From: Gammaproteobacteria bacterium
GTDB taxonomy: Bacteria > Pseudomonadota > Gammaproteobacteria > 21-64-14
DNA length: 64,000 nucleotides
Direction: 5' to 3'
NCBI GenBank assembly: GCA_027013145.1
Contig: JALUXX010000016.1
Span: 254,183 to 318,182 of the forward strand
Notes under the pieces: generated by a model
Databases searched by the model: none
Told to the model about the DNA's origin: nothing
What the model saw: only the letters and a program-made list of their open reading frames with translations
Made by a program: the position numbers and the translations under genes
In this document: positions 62,166 through 64,000 of the stretch, in pieces
How the letters are laid out: each line of letters starts with the position of its first letter
Numbering within the stretch: position 1 is the stretch's first letter

Positions 62166-63293
62166 ATGAGTACAGCAGACCCCAGCCCCGGGTGGGAAGT
62201 GCGCGAGGACGCCGCGGCGGGCCGCGAGATCCGGCTCTACGGGCCTTGGAATCTGCTCTCCCTCTCACGCGCCGGGCGGAGGTTCCGTGAACGCCTGCGC
62301 GAACTCGATGCACGGGCCGCCGATCGGTGGGACCTCGAGGGGGTCACTGTACTCGACAGCACCGGCGCGCTGCTGCTGTGGCGCCTGTGGGGTGGGCGTT
62401 TCCCCGAACGCGTGAGGTGGCGCGAGGAGCAGCGCTCGTGGTTCCGTCACCTGGACGCGCTGCCGCCGCCGGAGGCACCCCCGCCGTTGCGGGCCCGCGA
62501 CGCGCTTGTGGCGCTGGGCCGCTCCATTACCAACCTGTTTGCGCACACCGCGGGCATCCTGCTGCTGCTCGGGCAGCTCATCGTCGATTTTCTCTATTGC
62601 CTGCGGCATCCGCGCGCCTTCCCCTGGCGCGGTATATCCGCGACGGTCTATCGCGCCGGCGCGCAGTCGCTGCTGCTGCTCGCCTTCATCGGGGCCCTGG
62701 TGGGTGTGGTGCTCGCCTATCAGATGGCGGGGCAGCTCGAGCAGTTCGGCGCCAACCAGGCGATCATCGGGGTCGTGGGGCTGGCGTTCATGCGCGAGCT
62801 GGGTCCGTTCCTGACCTCGGTCATTCTCGTGGGGCGCTCGGGTTCGTCGTTCACCGCCGGTATCGGTGCGATGCGCGTGACCGAGGAGATCGACGCCCTG
62901 CGGGCCTTCGGGGTCTCGCCGACCCTGCGCGTGGTGTTCCCCAAGGTCGCGGGCCTCACGCTCGCCACCCCGCTGCTGGTGATCTGGACGGATTTCTGGG
63001 GGATGGTCGGCGCCGTTTACGTCTCCCAGGCAGATCTCGGTGTCGGCTACCGCATGTGGATCGACCAGTTCCCCGGCGCGATCCCGTGGTCGAACTACTT
63101 CATCGGATTCGCGAAGGGAATCCTGTTCGGGGCCCTGATCGGGGTGGTGTCGAGCTACTACGGGCTGCGCGTGCAGCCCAACACGCGCAGTCTCACCGAA
63201 GAGACCACACGCGCGGTCGTGGTCGGCATCGCGCTGGTCATCGCCATCGACGGCGTGCTCGGGATCCTGCTCTCCAACGTGGGGCTCGCCTGA
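62166..63293 (+). CDS. MlaE-family ABC transporter permease with an N-terminal STAS-like extension
   Basis: 375 aa. The C-terminal roughly 260 aa match the MlaE pattern (REL.P.LT..I..GRSGS...A.IG.M.V.EEIDAL...G). The N-terminal roughly 110 aa resemble an MlaB/STAS domain. Confidence 0.8.
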   Translation: MSTADPSPGWEVREDAAAGREIRLYGPWNLLSLSRAGRRFRERLRELDARAADRWDLEGVTVLDSTGALLLWRLWGGRFPERVRWREEQRSWFRHLDALPPPEAPPPLRARDALVALGRSITNLFAHTAGILLLLGQLIVDFLYCLRHPRAFPWRGISATVYRAGAQSLLLLAFIGALVGVVLAYQMAGQLEQFGANQAIIGVVGLAFMRELGPFLTSVILVGRSGSSFTAGIGAMRVTEEIDALRAFGVSPTLRVVFPKVAGLTLATPLLVIWTDFWGMVGAVYVSQADLGVGYRMWIDQFPGAIPWSNYFIGFAKGILFGALIGVVSSYYGLRVQPNTRSLTEETTRAVVVGIALVIAIDGVLGILLSNVGLA

Positions 63294-64000
63294 TGGGTGC
63301 CGGGGCCGGGCGCGAGGCGGTCGTCCGGGTCCGGGGCCTGGGTACCTACCTAGGCGGACACTGGGTGCACCGCGATCTGGACCTGACGGTGCACCGCGGC
63401 GAGATCCTCGCCCTCGTGGGCGAGAGCGGAGGCGGCAAGACCACGCTGATGCGCGAGATCATCGGGCTGACACGCCCGCAGGCGGGGCGCATCGAGGTCC
63501 TCGGCCGCGAGGTGTACAACGGACCGACCGCGCCGTATCACCTGCGCGTGCAGTGGGGTGTGCTGTTTCAGCAGGGGGCCCTGTTCACGTCGCTGACCGT
63601 ATTCGAGAACATCGCCTTTCCGCTGCGCGAACTCTGGGTCGCGGGCCACGAGTTGGAGGAAGACGTCATCCACGACCTCGTCATGCTCAAGCTCAGGATG
63701 GTCGGGTTGCGCCCGGCGGATGCGTGGAAGCTGCCGGCGGAGCTGTCCGGGGGCATGATCAAGCGCGCGGCCCTGGCGCGTGCTTTGGCTCTCGAGCCCG
63801 AGGTCCTGTTTCTGGACGAACCCACCAGCGGTCTCGATCCGAATTCCGCGAGCGAACTGGACCGGCTGCTCGACGAGTTGCACCGCGAGCTGAGATTGAG
63901 CGCGCTGATGATCACCCACGATCTCAACAGCATGGCCGCGGTCGCCGACCGCATCGCCGTGCTCGCCGAGGGCCGGGTGCTGGTCACCGGAACCCTCGAT
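63293..64000 (+). CDS. ABC transporter ATP-binding protein (MlaF-like), partial at the right edge
   Basis: Not in the ORF track because no stop falls in the window. The ATG 63293 overlaps the permease stop (TGATG). Has Walker A GESGGGKTT, the signature LSGGMIKR and Walker B LFLDEPTSGLD. Confidence 0.85.
   Translation, partial: MGAGAGREAVVRVRGLGTYLGGHWVHRDLDLTVHRGEILALVGESGGGKTTLMREIIGLTRPQAGRIEVLGREVYNGPTAPYHLRVQWGVLFQQGALFTSLTVFENIAFPLRELWVAGHELEEDVIHDLVMLKLRMVGLRPADAWKLPAELSGGMIKRAALARALALEPEVLFLDEPTSGLDPNSASELDRLLDELHRELRLSALMITHDLNSMAAVADRIAVLAEGRVLVTGTLD

Overview
Very GC-rich bacterial chromosomal segment; third codon positions are almost always G/C. It looks gammaproteobacterial: the smpB-ssrA / ratA-rnfH / bamE / fur neighbourhood is present and the tmRNA tag reads ANDDNYALAA. 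I support about 55 protein genes, one tmRNA and several repeats or regulatory candidates. I saw no rRNA, tRNA, CRISPR array, transposase or integrase.

Layout, left to right:
- 145-5339: an arsenosugar-type operon (fatty-acid-hydroxylase family enzyme, arsS, arsM and two rSAM-associated transferases), divergent from an ArsR-rhodanese fusion regulator.
- 5439-7402: a GDPD / FAD glycerol-3-phosphate dehydrogenase pair.
- 7403-12210: an AT-richer 560-bp intergenic region, a wHTH-BTAD regulator, a tiny conserved-looking ORF and two VPLPA-CTERM secreted proteins.
- 12491-21106: glgX, a glycine-zipper membrane protein, and a TolC-MFP-RND efflux operon.
- 21421-50935: the most striking block. It is about 29.5 kb with 21 consecutive plus-strand genes, many joined by ATGA/GTGA start-stop overlaps. 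Its contents fall into four groups:
  - Carbon and fermentation enzymes: 2-oxoacid:ferredoxin oxidoreductase with a fused NAD(P)H-flavoenzyme/ferredoxin subunit, phosphoglucomutase, Pta, class I aldolase, PpsA, AckA, phosphoketolase and alpha-glucan phosphorylase.
  - Membrane proteins: a plant/fungal-type P3A H+-ATPase, a TauE/SafE exporter, DUF202 and MgtC/DUF4010.
  - Stress or poorly characterised genes: LOG-family protein, beta-CASP MBL RNase-like protein, USP, an NADH-oxidase-like flavoprotein and an FtsH copy.
  - A terminal Crp/Fnr regulator.
  I read this as a candidate oxygen-limitation or dormancy energy-maintenance module.
- 51084-57419: a Cys-rich MerR regulator with a small exported His/Cys protein, a GAF-LOV-PAS-GGDEF-EAL photoreceptor-type signalling protein, a TauD-family dioxygenase and a PNPOx-family protein.
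- 57420-57843: a roughly 424-bp, lower-GC, non-coding element bounded by 24/25-matching 25-bp terminal inverted repeats. It sits exactly against the ssrA 3' end.
- 57843-64000: ssrA, smpB, an SNF-family transporter, ratA, rnfH, bamE, fur and an MlaE/MlaF-like ABC transporter, which runs off the right edge.

Many very long ORFs in the track (up to 2088 aa) are antisense artefacts of the GC content and were rejected. All family calls are by-eye motif recognition on the translations. No searches were run.
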